This document shows, piece by piece, positions 39,101 through 51,562 of a DNA stretch of 64,000 bases. A program made the translations under genes and the position numbers. Within the stretch, counting starts at the first letter, position 1, and each line of letters opens with the position of its first letter. The notes beneath the pieces are model-generated. The model ran no database searches and was not told where the DNA came from. It saw nothing but the letters and a program-made list of their open reading frames with translations. Location: positions 12,772,001 to 12,836,000 of the forward strand of contig NC_135667.1 of assembly GCF_964188315.1 (NCBI RefSeq). Reading direction: 5' to 3'. Source of the stretch: Podarcis muralis (Eukaryota).

Positions 39101-40915
39101 TTCAGTGACATAAGTGTATTTGTGGCTTCTTTCTATGAAGGCAAAACAGATGCCATTCTCCGCAAAAAAAGGAACCACAGTTTGCACAAATCTTTCTGCA
39201 TTCTCATCATAGAAAGTAAGGATTCCAATCCATATCCACCGGAAATGCAGTAGCAAAGATAGGATCCCCTTATACTGGTGGGCTTCCTTGGGCGTCATCT
39301 GGTAGAAGAAAAGGCCTGGGGTTTTATCATTCATCACTGGAGCAGGGCCATATATCAGCTAAACGTAGTTTTGATAAGAGGAGAAAGAGGCAGAAGCAAC
39401 AATAACTTTTAGATATTCGATTTGTGTATTATAAGCCTCACTGGGGCGATTTCCACTTTGGGATTCCATTCCTTTATTTTTGGCTGCACATGCTATTTTG
39501 TTAAGACAAACTACACTCAGATGCCAATCAGTTCTTATCATATATCAGGAAATGACAAGGCCAAAAGGGATATCTGAAGCAAAAACATATGTGCTACCTA
39601 GACTTTATTTCTTAGCTTGAATCTCTCATTAGCATGGCCCACCTGATTATATGAAATCTGCTCATTTATTTATCCAAATCTATCTGGATGTGTATATCTC
39701 CCATGACATGTCAGTGATTTCTCTCTCTCACCTGTGGAACCTTATAGATATCCAAGATTGTTGCCACATGAAGGGAAGTTTGGGAGTCCAGTCCCCCAAT
39801 GATGGCTATCAAGTTGTTCTTGATGTCACAGATGTAGTTGGGGACAAATGTTTCCAGTGTGGATATGAGCAACATTGTGGCATGTGAGGTCCATTTGGCA
39901 TTGAAATAGCTGTCATAGATGCGGAAGCCTAAAGTGACATTGGGTAAGAGCTGAGGGTTTTCATTGATCTCCTTCACTGCAAACTGCAAGGCCAGGATGT
40001 GCTGGTAGTTCTTAGGTACCACACTAAAAAGAGAGTTTCATTTTCTATCAGAAGGGCTTGTAACACTTTGTAAATTTATCGCTGCTTAGTTCTACATCAT
40101 CCTCATTAGTAGTATTTATTACTGTAATTATTTAAGGTTTTTTATTTTTGCAGGGGAGGAAGCTCTTGAACATGAATCACTACAAGTGATCCTCTGCCTT
40201 GCCTACAACGGTAGAAAAGGAATATAGGAGGAAATTCTATAGGAGGGGGATCACAGATTTTAAAATGTCCCTGATGTAGATTTTAAATGCTGGCTTTATC
40301 ATCTGTGTAGAAGTTCTGTCCTTATTTCTTTCTCTCGGGGCCCTGAAGTAAAAGTGATGCAGTTATTTCTACAAGAATATTACATGTCTTCATATGATAC
40401 CTGAATGTTTAATTTAGTGTGGAAAGTGGAAACAATTTCTAGTGGAGATCCTCCAGACCACATTTCTCCCACATCACATATATTTCGACCTAAATAGTAG
40501 TTCTGCCTCTAGGACAAGGGTGGAGAACTGTGCCCCTCCAGATGTTGCTGTCCAACAATGTCCATTATTATTAATGCAACTGATGGAGTCGAGCAACCAC
40601 TGCACACCCACAGTTTATCCACCCTTCCTCTAAAATTAATCTCTGCAGTATGCAAAGAAGGAATCAAAATGTAGAAGTGAAACTATCCAGTTCTTACTTT
40701 AGTTCTTCCAGCAATGTTGGTGGGGGGTTTTCGGTGAAGGCTATTGCAATGGAGACGATGATGCTGTGAGAGGCTATGCCACCAAGGATGAGGTCTCCTT
40801 CCTGGTGATACTGATGAAGTGGAGTGTATGGATCATGGATGTGGCATTTAACAATGGGAGGTTTGCATAATGCATGAGAAAGTAGAATCAGCAGCAAGAC
40901 CAATAATGCCACCAT
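30205..40915 (-). CDS. Vmn2r: V2R receptor, copy C (6 exons, 875 aa, apparently intact; intron 5 expanded by an L2 LINE)
   Basis: Exons 40915-40698, 40023-39732, 39358-38498, 37597-37370, 36448-36322 and 31106-30205. Canonical splice sites, C-terminus RRKF*. Confidence 0.95.
31388..31579. mobile_element. Tigger-like MITE, 192 bp (different subfamily), in gene C intron 5
   Basis: TIRs CAGTGGTACCTCTGGTT...AACCAGAGGTACCACTG with a TA TSD. Empty sites in B, D and E. Confidence 0.9.
32358..35960 (+). mobile_element. L2-clade LINE with near-complete but inactivated ORF2 (APE endonuclease + RT)
   Basis: APE motifs CNARS, VTETWL, YRPP, LGDFNIH and SDH; RT motifs [16 protein letters not shown] and GVPQGSVL. 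The catalytic YADD is mutated to HVDD. At least two frameshifts and a stop at 34477-34479. Simple-repeat tail. Antisense to the gene, in intron 5 of C. Confidence 0.93.
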
Positions 40916-43340
40916 CCTTGGTACAATTTTCCCCTATACACTAAGATGCCCCTACAACTATTACAGCTTTTGTGACTGAAGTAGTCTGACTTGATTGACC
41001 TTTTAGTCTGTTCATATGTCTGAAATCCATACAGTGAAAACTGATGAAAAAAAATAGTTATGATACTGATGGATCCTTGAAGGTTTCTGATTCCTAAGCC
41101 TAGCTGTGATTGCTGGAGGTAGTATATTTTTGTAAGGCTTCTTCAGATGTTTTGCACCACAAGTCACAACATTCAAACCTGGCTGCAGGTGATGGGGTTG
41201 TAAACCAGAGCAGTTCAAGGGCACCAGACTTTGAAAGGCTCAGTTATAATACCTTTCACAGTCTTTATCATTAGCTTGGATAGTGTACTTTGCAAGTCCA
41301 TGAGGTGCTTTGACACAAGGAAACATTAATTATAGTTCTTTGGATAATTAAAGGGAAGATAGTCACTTGTGTGTTTTTCTGAACAGAAGTTTTCATTTCC
41401 TCTTAGCTGCATATGCTTTTGGCTTACAGTAATAAATAAGATGGGGAAAAATACTGAAAATACAACCCTTTGGTCTCAAGAGAGGGAGGAAATGAATATG
41501 TTTGATGATAGCACTGGCCTCTTAAAATTCTGACCTGGAAAGTTATAATATTAATAAATGTTATAAATGTTACAATATTATACAACCTGAGCCTATGATG
41601 GTGTTATTCACAGCATTAATACCCCTGTAGGGTCTAGTTTTTCTCATAGCTGTAGCCTTTGGATTCAAACAGAAATCAAACATTTCTGTTTTAAAATAAA
41701 ATAAAAGAAAGCTTGCTGCTTTCTAGGACACATCACTGCAAACTCTCAACTCTAAACCCAGGCTTTGTCCTTCCACCCAAATGATGGAGGGGCTCCAAAC
41801 ATTTCTTCTCCCACATAGTGCCCCCTTTCCTTTGTTCTCGCAATGGCCCATCACCCAAGCAATCACCTCAACACAGGAAGGTAGCCTGGCTTATATTTTA
41901 ACACTTGCTGAATCCAGGGGTTAGAATGATCTGACATGCAGCCTACTTTTCCCTGTCCCAGCCCAAATTCATAAGTGTATGTAAAATGATGTAATATTGA
42001 ATGGTAAAATATAAAACAAAAACATGAAATAGCAGACTATGAGCTGTTTATGTACAATGAATGATTGTATACCATTAGAATAAATAATATTTGAAGGTAG
42101 CAGATCCCTGTATAAGAATTTTGTTTCATTAAATGTATGACAATGTGACCCCAAAGCTCTCCAAGAGGGATCCTACTACCATGCATGAAGGAGTAAATGT
42201 GGAGTTCACTGGAGTCTCCTGACATTCTCATCTACAGTGAAAGATGTGCTGGACGCCTCTTTCCCTGTTTCCAACTCACTTGAGGTTTCTCATTCTTATT
42301 GGTTCAAAAGATCTGCCTCTCCTTCTCACTGATAACCTAGTGCTCAATTCCTATCCCTATTGTTCAGTTCAGTTGTTAACAAAATAATGTGCCACCAAGG
42401 ACGCAGCCCAGTGCTCCTTTTCAGTGCTATTTTTCAAGAAAAAGAGGTGGCGGAACTCCGCATGAATACCTCAACCTGAGAGGTGGCAGAACTGAGGTCT
42501 GGCTGAAGAAAAGCCCAGACGCTTCTGTCAATGTGATAAGTTGGTATTGGTCTCTTCTGTGGTTATTTGGTACACTGTCAACTTACTACCAAACCTAGAA
42601 CATCAGCAATCAGCCCACCAGGCCTTTTTGAGTTCCTCCCACCCAAGTCATTGCCGGTTGCAATTAAGTGTACAGGCGACGAGCATGTTGTGTGTGCCTG
42701 ATGGACTTTTGACTGCCGATGCTCGCATCATTTTGGCCCTGAAAGGATGTGGAACAGAGGCGTAACAGGCGTACGTGAGACTACTGATTCATGTAATGAC
42801 CCGGAAAACAACCTCCACACAAATGGAGAATTGCTGGTACTTCATCTGACCTGTACACATTTATTATTTCACCGCTAAAAAACGTTTGAAAATGCAACAA
42901 CACAGAAGCATTTATCCAGGCTCTGACTACAGAGAGGCAAGCAACCTAAAGATTCAAACAAACAACAGCAAGAATGAAGCCATTTGGCATTGTGGGGACG
43001 ACGACCCCAAAAAGCTTCCCATTCTCCCTTTCTTCCTCGTGCAATTCTCCAGCTTTATCTTTTGTTTCTTCTCTTTTTATTTTTATTTGCTTTTGAGTAT
43101 AGTGCCAAGAAGTAGAGATCATTATTGGAATAAAAACCAGAGGAATCCAGCCCAACCCAAAATGATTGGAATCTCAAATAACTATGTATTGAGTGTTTGA
43201 CATATTTATTTCCCTTTAAATTGGCTGGGAATTTATTTAGCCCTTTCCCTTTCTTTGATGTGGTCATGGTAATAGTTTATCTCGGCTGCTATGGGCAAAT
43301 CGTTAGAATAAGCTTTCCTTAATGTTGTATTTAATGAATA

Positions 43341-43594
43341 CAGTGGAACCTTGGGTTGGGAACGTGATCCGTGTGGGAGGCACGATCACAACGCGCAGCG
43401 CTCGCAACCCATAGCGCTGCGTCTGCACGTGCGGGTCACGATTCAGCGCTTCTGCACATGCGCAAAGCGTGATTTAGTATTTCTGCACATGCGTGAGCGC
43501 TGAAATTCAGAAGTAACCCGATACTTCTGGGTTCGGCGCGGTGCGCAACCTGAAATTCCATAAACTGAAGCATCTGTAACCCGAGATACCAGTG
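43341..43594. mobile_element. Tigger-like MITE, 254 bp, degenerate TIRs
   Basis: TA|CAGTGGAACCTTGGGTT...AACCCGAGATACCAGTG|TA. Empty site near 29395. Confidence 0.8.
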
Positions 43595-44051
43595 TATAAC
43601 CTTTCCCCCAACTTAAAGTGGTGTCCTGAGTCTTCCATGATGTGAATGTGATGGCAAGTTTTTTTTACCCAGATTATCTTTCAGATTTAAAGAATTGAAG
43701 GAAGAAAGGGGGGGGGGAGATAGAACATGTCCTTCATAAACCTTTTAGTACTCAGTGCTTATATTGTGTGACTGTTTTTATGTTCAGTTTTTAAAGGATT
43801 TCCATTAGACAGGGTAAAAATTTTCATCTCTGCTCCTGAAAAGTTGTGGGAAAGAGTATGAGGGTAGAAGAGTACAGTGCCGACGTACAAGAATAACAAA
43901 TGCAGACATCACAGTGAGCAGAGGAAATGATACAGTGTATCTGGAAAAGGTGAATATGGTAGATTGAGGAGGTTTCTGGGTGCTTCTTTTCAGGGATACA
44001 TAGAAATGGTTTTACTAGCAATTATAGCCAAGACACAGACATTTGATTTCT

Positions 44052-45858
44052 TCAGCAATTTCTTCTTATTAGGTGCTCCCTACTGTTCAGCTCAGGCCTC
44101 AGCAAAATAATGTAACATTTTGGGGAAAAGATGCAACCCAACAACCCACCACTGGAGACTAAGATAGAGAAGATCTCCACAGCCACCATGTATTTCCCCT
44201 TTGTGCTCATGTAGGAAGGAACAAAGGATAACCAAACACTGCAAAAGACCAACATGCTGAAAGTGATGAACTTGGCTTCATTGAAACTGTCAGGTAACTT
44301 CCTGGCAAGGAAAGCCACAGTGAAACTGACCAGAGCTAGGAAGCCCATGTAGCCCAAGACACAGTAAAAGAAGGTCACAGTCCCCTCATTGCACTCCAGT
44401 ACAATTTCTTCAGCCACTGACTTCATATCAATATTAGGGAATGGAGGAGAGATCACCAGCCACAGAGTGCAGATGACTGCTTGGATAAGGGAGCAGGAGA
44501 GGACAATAGAGTTTGCCAGTCCCTTCCCCACCCACTTCCTCATCCGGGATCCTGGTTTTGTGGCCATGAAAGCCAGAACCACAGTGATGGTTTTTGCCAG
44601 TACACAAGAAACAGCCACTGAGAAGATGATGCCAAAAGCAGTTTGCCGGAGGAGACATGTCACCTTGTCAGGATATCCGATGAACAGTAATGCAGAAAAG
44701 AAGCAAAGCAAGAGGGAGATGAGCAGAGCGTAGGTGAGGTCCCGGTTGTTGGCTTTCACAACGGGAGTGTCCCTGTGTTTTACAAATATTTTCAATACCA
44801 GTGCTGTAATGAAAGCAAAGGAAAGAGCAGAACAGGCTAAGCTGAGGCCCAGAGGTTCTTCAAAGGACAAGAAAGTTGCACGCTTGGGAATACATAAATT
44901 CCGATGTTTGTTTGGATATTTTTCAACTTCACACTCATAACAGTCATTCATGTCTGAGAAAAAAACCAAAACATGGTTCTTAATACCAATAATATGACCA
45001 ACATACCACTGCTTGTAAATACATAATTAAAATGATTTAAAAAGTGTACAAGGAGTTTTAAAAAATAAAGACTAAAATGTTGGAACCATGCCCTTCTCAC
45101 CTATCCATTCTAGAATACCGACTGAGGCAAAATGCAAGAGGGAGGGCCACAGAGACCCTTCCTGATCTACATTCAGAACCCAACTCAGTTTTTCCCGTCA
45201 TTGTTCTAGTTGCTCACAATTATTTATTCTTTAATTAAGGAGTGATTGTGTACTTGAGACTTTGCAAATTTTTACATCAAGACCTTTCAACTATTTCCTG
45301 GATTTCAATATTTCACACTTCTCCAAACATTACGGCACGATTCTCCGAAGTTTAAGGGCATCAAAATACATGTTTAAATATTTTACCCGGAAGTAAATGC
45401 ACATTCATATATTATTTTAAGGGAAAATATATCATTTGTAAGCCTGGATGAGGGAGATATGATGGCAAACTTCCAGCTTTTTACAGAACCCTCCTGGCTC
45501 ATTATACTAATCCTGGTGGATCTTTCTATAGCATTCTTCCTTATTAACAGCATTCAACATCCACAATCACAAATTATCACACACACTTTCATTAGTCCCT
45601 CTTCAGCAAGATTTCTCAATATTTCATGAACTGTCAACTGTAATATTGGTGAATGCATCATTTCATACGCATGTTCTTGATTAGAGGCAACAAGTTATAA
45701 ATATATACAGTAAACTACTTACCTTCCTGGTCCGAAATCTTCCCTTCTGGACATGGGATGCAATCGTAGCAGCAAAATGCTTCTCCCTCCTTCATCTTCC
45801 TGCAAAAACCAGGGCGGCAGCTCTCAGTACATACAGAGTCAGGCTGTGTCTAGAATAC

Positions 45859-45908
<50 letters not shown>

Positions 45909-48900
45909 TATAAAATAAGTGGACTCAAAGAAAAGCTAAAAAGGGAAGTTAAGCTCTTCCTTAAAAGGGATTTGCAAGAGAACATTATTTTCAGAAATTC
46001 ACTTACTAGCCTGTTTCAATTCCATTTTGACTCATTTCCTGACATTTATGAGTGACTCGATGTGCAAACTCCAATAAATTGTTGTTTTTTGCAGTTGCTA
46101 TTGTAGACAGTAAAGTTTTTAATATTATCGTCTATAGTCAAGGTTCTTTCTGCCACTGTGACATTAAGGGGTTGTGGTTGTGTCAATGCAAATTAAGCTC
46201 CAGAGTTATACACCTGCTATTGCAAAACCTTGAAACATGGCATTCATAATCTGCCTTTTGAGGTGTGCAAATGTGTCAAAACCTTATACCCATTTTGTAA
46301 AAGGAGCCACAGTTTAGAAAGTGCTGAAAATTAACATAAGGTCCCATTTGAAAATGAAATATTTATACCTGCAATCCATTGGTCTTAACTAGCCAGTCAA
46401 TGCCATTAAGTAGTATAGCAAACTTATTATTTCTACCCCGCCCATCTGGCTGAGTTTCCTCAGCCACTCTGGGCGGCTTCCAATCGAGTGTTAAAAACAA
46501 TACAGCATTAAATATTAAAAACTTCCCTAAACAAGGCTGCCTTCAGATGTCTTTAAAAGATAAAATAGCTGCTTATTTCCTTCACATCTGAAGGGAGGGA
46601 GTTCCACAGGGCGGGCGCCACTGCCGAGAAGGCCCTCTGTCTGGTTCCCTGTAACCTCACTTCTCGTAATGAGGGAACCGCCAGAAGGCCCTCGGCGCTG
46701 GATCTCAGTGTCCAGGCTGAACGATGGGGGTGGAGAGGCTCCTTCAGGTATACAGGACAGAGGCCATTTAGGGCTTTAAAGGTCAGCACCAACACTTGGA
46801 ATTGTGCTTGGAAACATACTGGGAGTCAATGGAGATCTCTCAGGACCGGTGTTTTGTGGTCCCGGTGGCCACTCTCAGCCACCAGTCTTCCCTTTATCTG
46901 TTCTCCCCTCACTGATGCAGGAGCCCAGAACTGTAATGTAAACCAGGGTTTCATCCAGACTGATCCTCCAAACCCATAACAATATATTCAATATCATAAA
47001 AATCTTTTTAGAATTCACTTCTTCAGGTTCTCATTCAATATATTCATTTCAGTATAACAGAAACCAGTATAGAGGCTGTGCATTTAGCTAATAACATTAA
47101 TTCAAAGCTTGTGCCATCTATAATCCAATTTTATAAAAGCTGAACAATATACAGTGAAAATGTCTGGCTGATGGTTGCATCCTACCTGGTTAAACCAATG
47201 GTGCCATTTGATGGCTCCCTCATTGATGGTCAATACTTGATGTGGAGGAGCCAGGGAATCCACCCCTCCTACCTTCACCCTCTGAAAGGACTGGTTGGAG
47301 GAAAGAATCCAATTGGTAATATCAATTCCAGCTACTATCTCCCCATTCTGGTCAAAGGAAATTTTATCCCCAGCGCTGTTGTTAAATGAGATACCCCTCA
47401 GAAAATGATGGAGCTAGATAGAAAAAGAAAGAGAAAGTAGAGAAAAGGCTTCAATTTAGCAGGACACAATCATGATGTTTACTTTTATGTCAGGTTTCCA
47501 AATATTCACCTTGGAGGAAAGTGGTTTTCTTTCCATCTTTCTTTTTTTATATACAGTATATAAGATTTAAGCCAGGACGTGGGTGGCGCTGTGGTCTAAA
47601 TCACTGAGCCTATTGGACTTGCCGATCAGAAGGTCAGCTATTCGAATCCCCGTGACGGGGTGAGCTCCCATTTTTCGGTCCCAGCTCCTGCTCACCTAGA
47701 AGTTGGAAAGCACGTCAAAATGCAAGCAGATAAATAGGTACCACTCTGGTGGGAAGGTAAACGGCATTTCCGTGCACTGCTCTGGTTTGCCAGAAGCAGC
47801 TTAGTCATGCTGGTCACATGACCTGGAAGTTGTCTATGGAAAGACACCGGCTCCCTCGGCCAGTAAAGCGAGATGAGCGTGCAACCCCAGAGTCGCCTGT
47901 GACTGGACCTAACGGTCAGGGGTACTTTTACCTTGAAGATTTAAGCCAAGCATTTCTCATATTTGGAAGTTCATTTTAAATTAAATTAAGATCTGCAGCA
48001 AATGCTCACACAACCATAAAAAGCTTTAGAAAGTTAGAAAGCTCTTTTTTGACTCTATATCTATGCTATGTGATATATCATTCCTTTGATACTCCAACTT
48101 CAGAGGTAAATGAGGAATCAGCCCCATGCTGATCTAAGAGGTTGGCATGAATAGTTGAAACAACAGGTTGAAGAAGCAAAATCTTGAAGTTGGCTATATC
48201 ATGCTTGGATAGAATTCATTCCTTTTTTTCTCTTTCTGTATTTCTACTTTAAGTTCAAACAGTTTAAAAGAAGAAATTTAAAACTTTTAAAATAATAAAA
48301 ATTAGCAGTAAAATGAAAGATTAAATAATGTCAACATACATGTGACTGTCAGATTTGCCTAAACAAATACAGGTGCCTAAATGAATACAATGAAGGTGTT
48401 TGTCTAATGACAATAGACAGGGAAGTCTAGTAGGCTGTATATGAACCTAGAAAAGCATGTGGAGATGTTCCCATTTGTCACTATGTGCATTTCAAGAGAG
48501 ATAAAGCAACTATCTCATGGCCAAAGGACAGTGAATTGAGGCAGTGGCTTTGGGGGCACCTGGGGAAGATTTCAAGTGCAAAAATCTGTGGTTGCTTAGA
48601 AAAAAGTGATAGTTAACCTAATGGAGAGATAGAAAAGGCAAACAGAACATGTTTTGAACCTATTTCAGGAAGGGCAATCAACCCAGTACCTGCCACAGAG
48701 GTTGTTTGTCAAACTTCATTCCTCCGCTGATCATTACTAGTCTGTGTTTGACTTGGGACGTAGACACGGCATGTAAAGCATAAATACTTAATTGACAGGA
48801 AAGTGGGTGCTCTGTTCATTTTGTTCTCTGTAATATATCATCTTGCTCCCTATAGACACTATATGCCAGGGATGTTCAACAGGTCGATTGGGAACGACTG

Positions 48901-51562
48901 GTCGATCCCCGGGAGGTTCTGGCATTTCAAGAGAGATATGGCAACTATCACATGGCCAAAGGGCAGTTAATTGGGGAAGTGGCTTTGGGGGCACCTGGGG
49001 AAGATTTCAAGAGCATTGGTGACCCCTGCTGTGGTTGCATAGGAAAAGTGACAGCAAAGGAATAGATTGATAGAAAAAGGCAAAGAGAACATGTTTTGAA
49101 ACTGTTTCAGGAAGGGTGTGCAGCCCATTACCTGCCACAGCGGCTGAATCTGAAACTTCATTCCTCCACTGATCATTACTGGTCTGTGTTTGCCTCGGGA
49201 TGTAGACATGGCATGTAAAGCATGGGCCACAGCATAGACAGCATTGTAGATGTTGTAGCTGTGGCTAGTCATGCTCATTTCAAAGAAAGGGCCAGGAAGA
49301 TTCTCCAGCTTCTCTTGCCCAGTGCAAATATCCCCCTTCACACTGCCAACCACTTGATTTGGAAATACACAGCCAAATGCCTGTTGCCAGAAGTCCAGAA
49401 TAAAGCCATCTCCTTTTGGGCTGGAAGGGTTTTTGCTCTGGACAAATTGACGAAATCCTGGTGGATCATTTGAGTGAGTTGTGAATGAGAGAACCCCATG
49501 GAGTATTTCTGTATCCCAAGTCCGTTGATAGACAAAAGAAGTGAGCTCCACCTGGGCTGTCATAATCCACACTTTACCTTTTGGGGTATTTGAACTTTGT
49601 TCCAGTTCTGATAGGTAAGGAAACCACCTGAAATATGCCCCAGAATTTGATTCTCCATAAAACAACACCACATTGGCTTTGCTATCATTTATTTTGTCAT
49701 GTATTTTTGCCCCCAGTTTAAACAAACTGCTAATTTCAGTGACATAAGTAGGTTTGTGACTTCTTTCTATGAAGGCAAAACAGATGCCATTCTGGGAATA
49801 AAGTGGAACTACAGTTTGCACAAATCTTTCTGCATTCTCATCATAGAAAGTAAGGATTCCAATCCATATCCACTTGAAATGCAGAAGCAAAGACAGGATC
49901 CCCTTATACTGGTGGGCTTCCTTGGGCATCATCTGGTAGAAGAAAAGGCCTGGAGTTTTATCATTCACCACTGGAGCAGGGCCATATATGAGCTAAACAT
50001 AGTTGTGGTAGGAGGCGAAAGAGACAGAAGCAGCAGTTTTATATATATATTAGAAGTGTGTATTATAAACATCACTGGGGCAATTTCCATTTGGGCCTTC
50101 CAATCCTCACCAGTTGGGCTGCCCATGCTATTTTTGTTTAGCCAAGCAACAGTCACCTGCCAATCAGCTGTTATCATAGATCAGGCATTGGCTAGGCCCA
50201 GAGGGAGACCTGAAACAATAATTTATGTGCTATCTAGAGTTTATTTCTTACCTTGGATCTGCCATTATCATGGCCCACCTGATTATTTGAAATGTGCACA
50301 TTTTATTATCCAAATCTATCTGGATGTGCCTAGTTTCCATGACATGTCAGAGAGATATATATCTCACCTGTGGAATCTTATAGATATCCAAGATTGTTGC
50401 CACATGAAGGGAGGTTTGGGAGTCCAGTCCCCCAATGATGGCTATTAAGTTTTTCTTGATGTCACAGATGTAGTTGGGGACAAATGTTTCCAGTGTGGAT
50501 AAGAGTAACATTGTGGCATAAAAGGTCCATTTCACATTGAAATAGGTGTCATAGATACGGAAGCCGAAAGTGACATTGGGTAAGAGCTGAGGGTTTCCGT
50601 TGATCTCTTCCACTGCAAATTGCAAGGCTAGTATATGCTGGTAATTCTTAGGTACCACACTAAAAAGAGATTTTCATTTTTTATCAGAAGGGCATGTAAC
50701 ACTTTGTAAATTTACCACAGCTCAGTTCTACATCATCCTCATTAGTATTATTTATTACTGTAATTATTGAAGGGTTTTTTTTTTTTTTGCAGAGGAGGAA
50801 ACTCTTGAACAGGTATCACTACAAGTGATCCTCCACTTTGCCTAAAATGGTAGAAAAGGGATGTAGGGGAAAATTCTATGGGAGCGGAGTGCAGACTTTA
50901 AAATGTCCCTAATACACATCTTTAATGCTGGTTTCATAATCTGTGTCCTTTTCTCATTCTCTTGGGGCCCTGAAGCAAAAGTGATGCAGTTATTTACAGA
51001 ACAATATGACATGTCTTCATATTATACCTGAATGTTTAATTCAGTGGGGGAACTGGCAAAAATTTCTTTAAACTAGTGGAGATCCTCCTGACCACATTTC
51101 TCCCACATCATATCTCCTTTGATCCAAACAGTAGTTCTGCCTCTAGGAGAAGGGTGGAGAACTGTGGCCTCCAGATGTTGTTGTCCACCAATATCCATTA
51201 TAATTGATGGATATTCTTGGCTGGATCTCATGGAGTCAAACAACCACTGCATGGCCACAGTTTATCCACCCCTCCTCTAAAATTAATCTCCGCAGTGTCC
51301 AAAGAAGGAAACAAAACGTAGAAGTAAAATTATCAAGGTCTTACTATAGCTCTTCAAGCAATGTTGGTGGGGGTTTTTCAGTGAAGGCTATTGAACTGGA
51401 GAGGATGATGCTGTGAGAGGCTATGCCACCAATGATGAGGTCTCCTTCCTGATGATACTGATGAAGTGGAGTGTATGGATCATGGACATGGCATTTAACA
51501 ATGGGAGGTTTGCATATTGCACGAGGAAGTAGAGTCAGCAACAAGACCAATAATGCCACCAT
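44052..51562 (-). CDS. Vmn2r: V2R receptor, copy D (6 exons, 875 aa, apparently intact; most divergent ligand-binding domain)
   Basis: Exons 51562-51345, 50659-50368, 49992-49132, 47413-47186, 45849-45723 and 44953-44052. Exon 4 is missing from the ORF track but reads open by hand ([32 protein letters not shown]...WFNQ). C-terminus RRNC*. Confidence 0.94.
45864..45905. repeat. (AG)n microsatellite next to the exon-5 acceptor of gene D
   Basis: Read directly. Confidence 0.95.
46426..46888 (-). mobile_element. L2 LINE 3' fragment in gene D intron 4
   Basis: The reverse complement matches the 3' end of the 32358-35960 element (LTFKALNGL...[14 protein letters not shown]; 3' end ...CAGCCAGATGGGCGGGGTA). 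Confidence 0.9.
47575..47935 (+). mobile_element. Full-length Sauria-type SINE, 361 bp, in gene D intron 3
   Basis: tRNA-like head and ...GGTCAGGGGTACTTTTACCTT tail, with a 13-bp TSD AAGATTTAAGCCA at 47562-47574 and 47936-47948. Confidence 0.92.
48690..48781 (-). pseudogene. Orphan duplicate of the 3' end of V2R exon 3 (pseudo-exon) in gene D intron 3
   Basis: Reads [30 protein letters not shown] followed by an intact GTACTG donor. 12 mismatches in 92 nt against the true exon end at 49132-49223. Confidence 0.88.
48867..48920. mobile_element. Possible hAT-type transposon end fragment at a deletion junction
   Basis: CAGGGATGTTCAACAGGTCGAT...GACTGGTCGATCCC resembles hAT termini and replaces roughly 330 bp of paralogous intron 3. 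Confidence 0.4.

Noticed and set aside
51344-51346. Apparent premature TAG ending the exon-1 ORF of gene D
   Set aside because: The TAG spans the splice donor (TA|GTAAG). After splicing the codon is TAT (Tyr) and the frame is intact.
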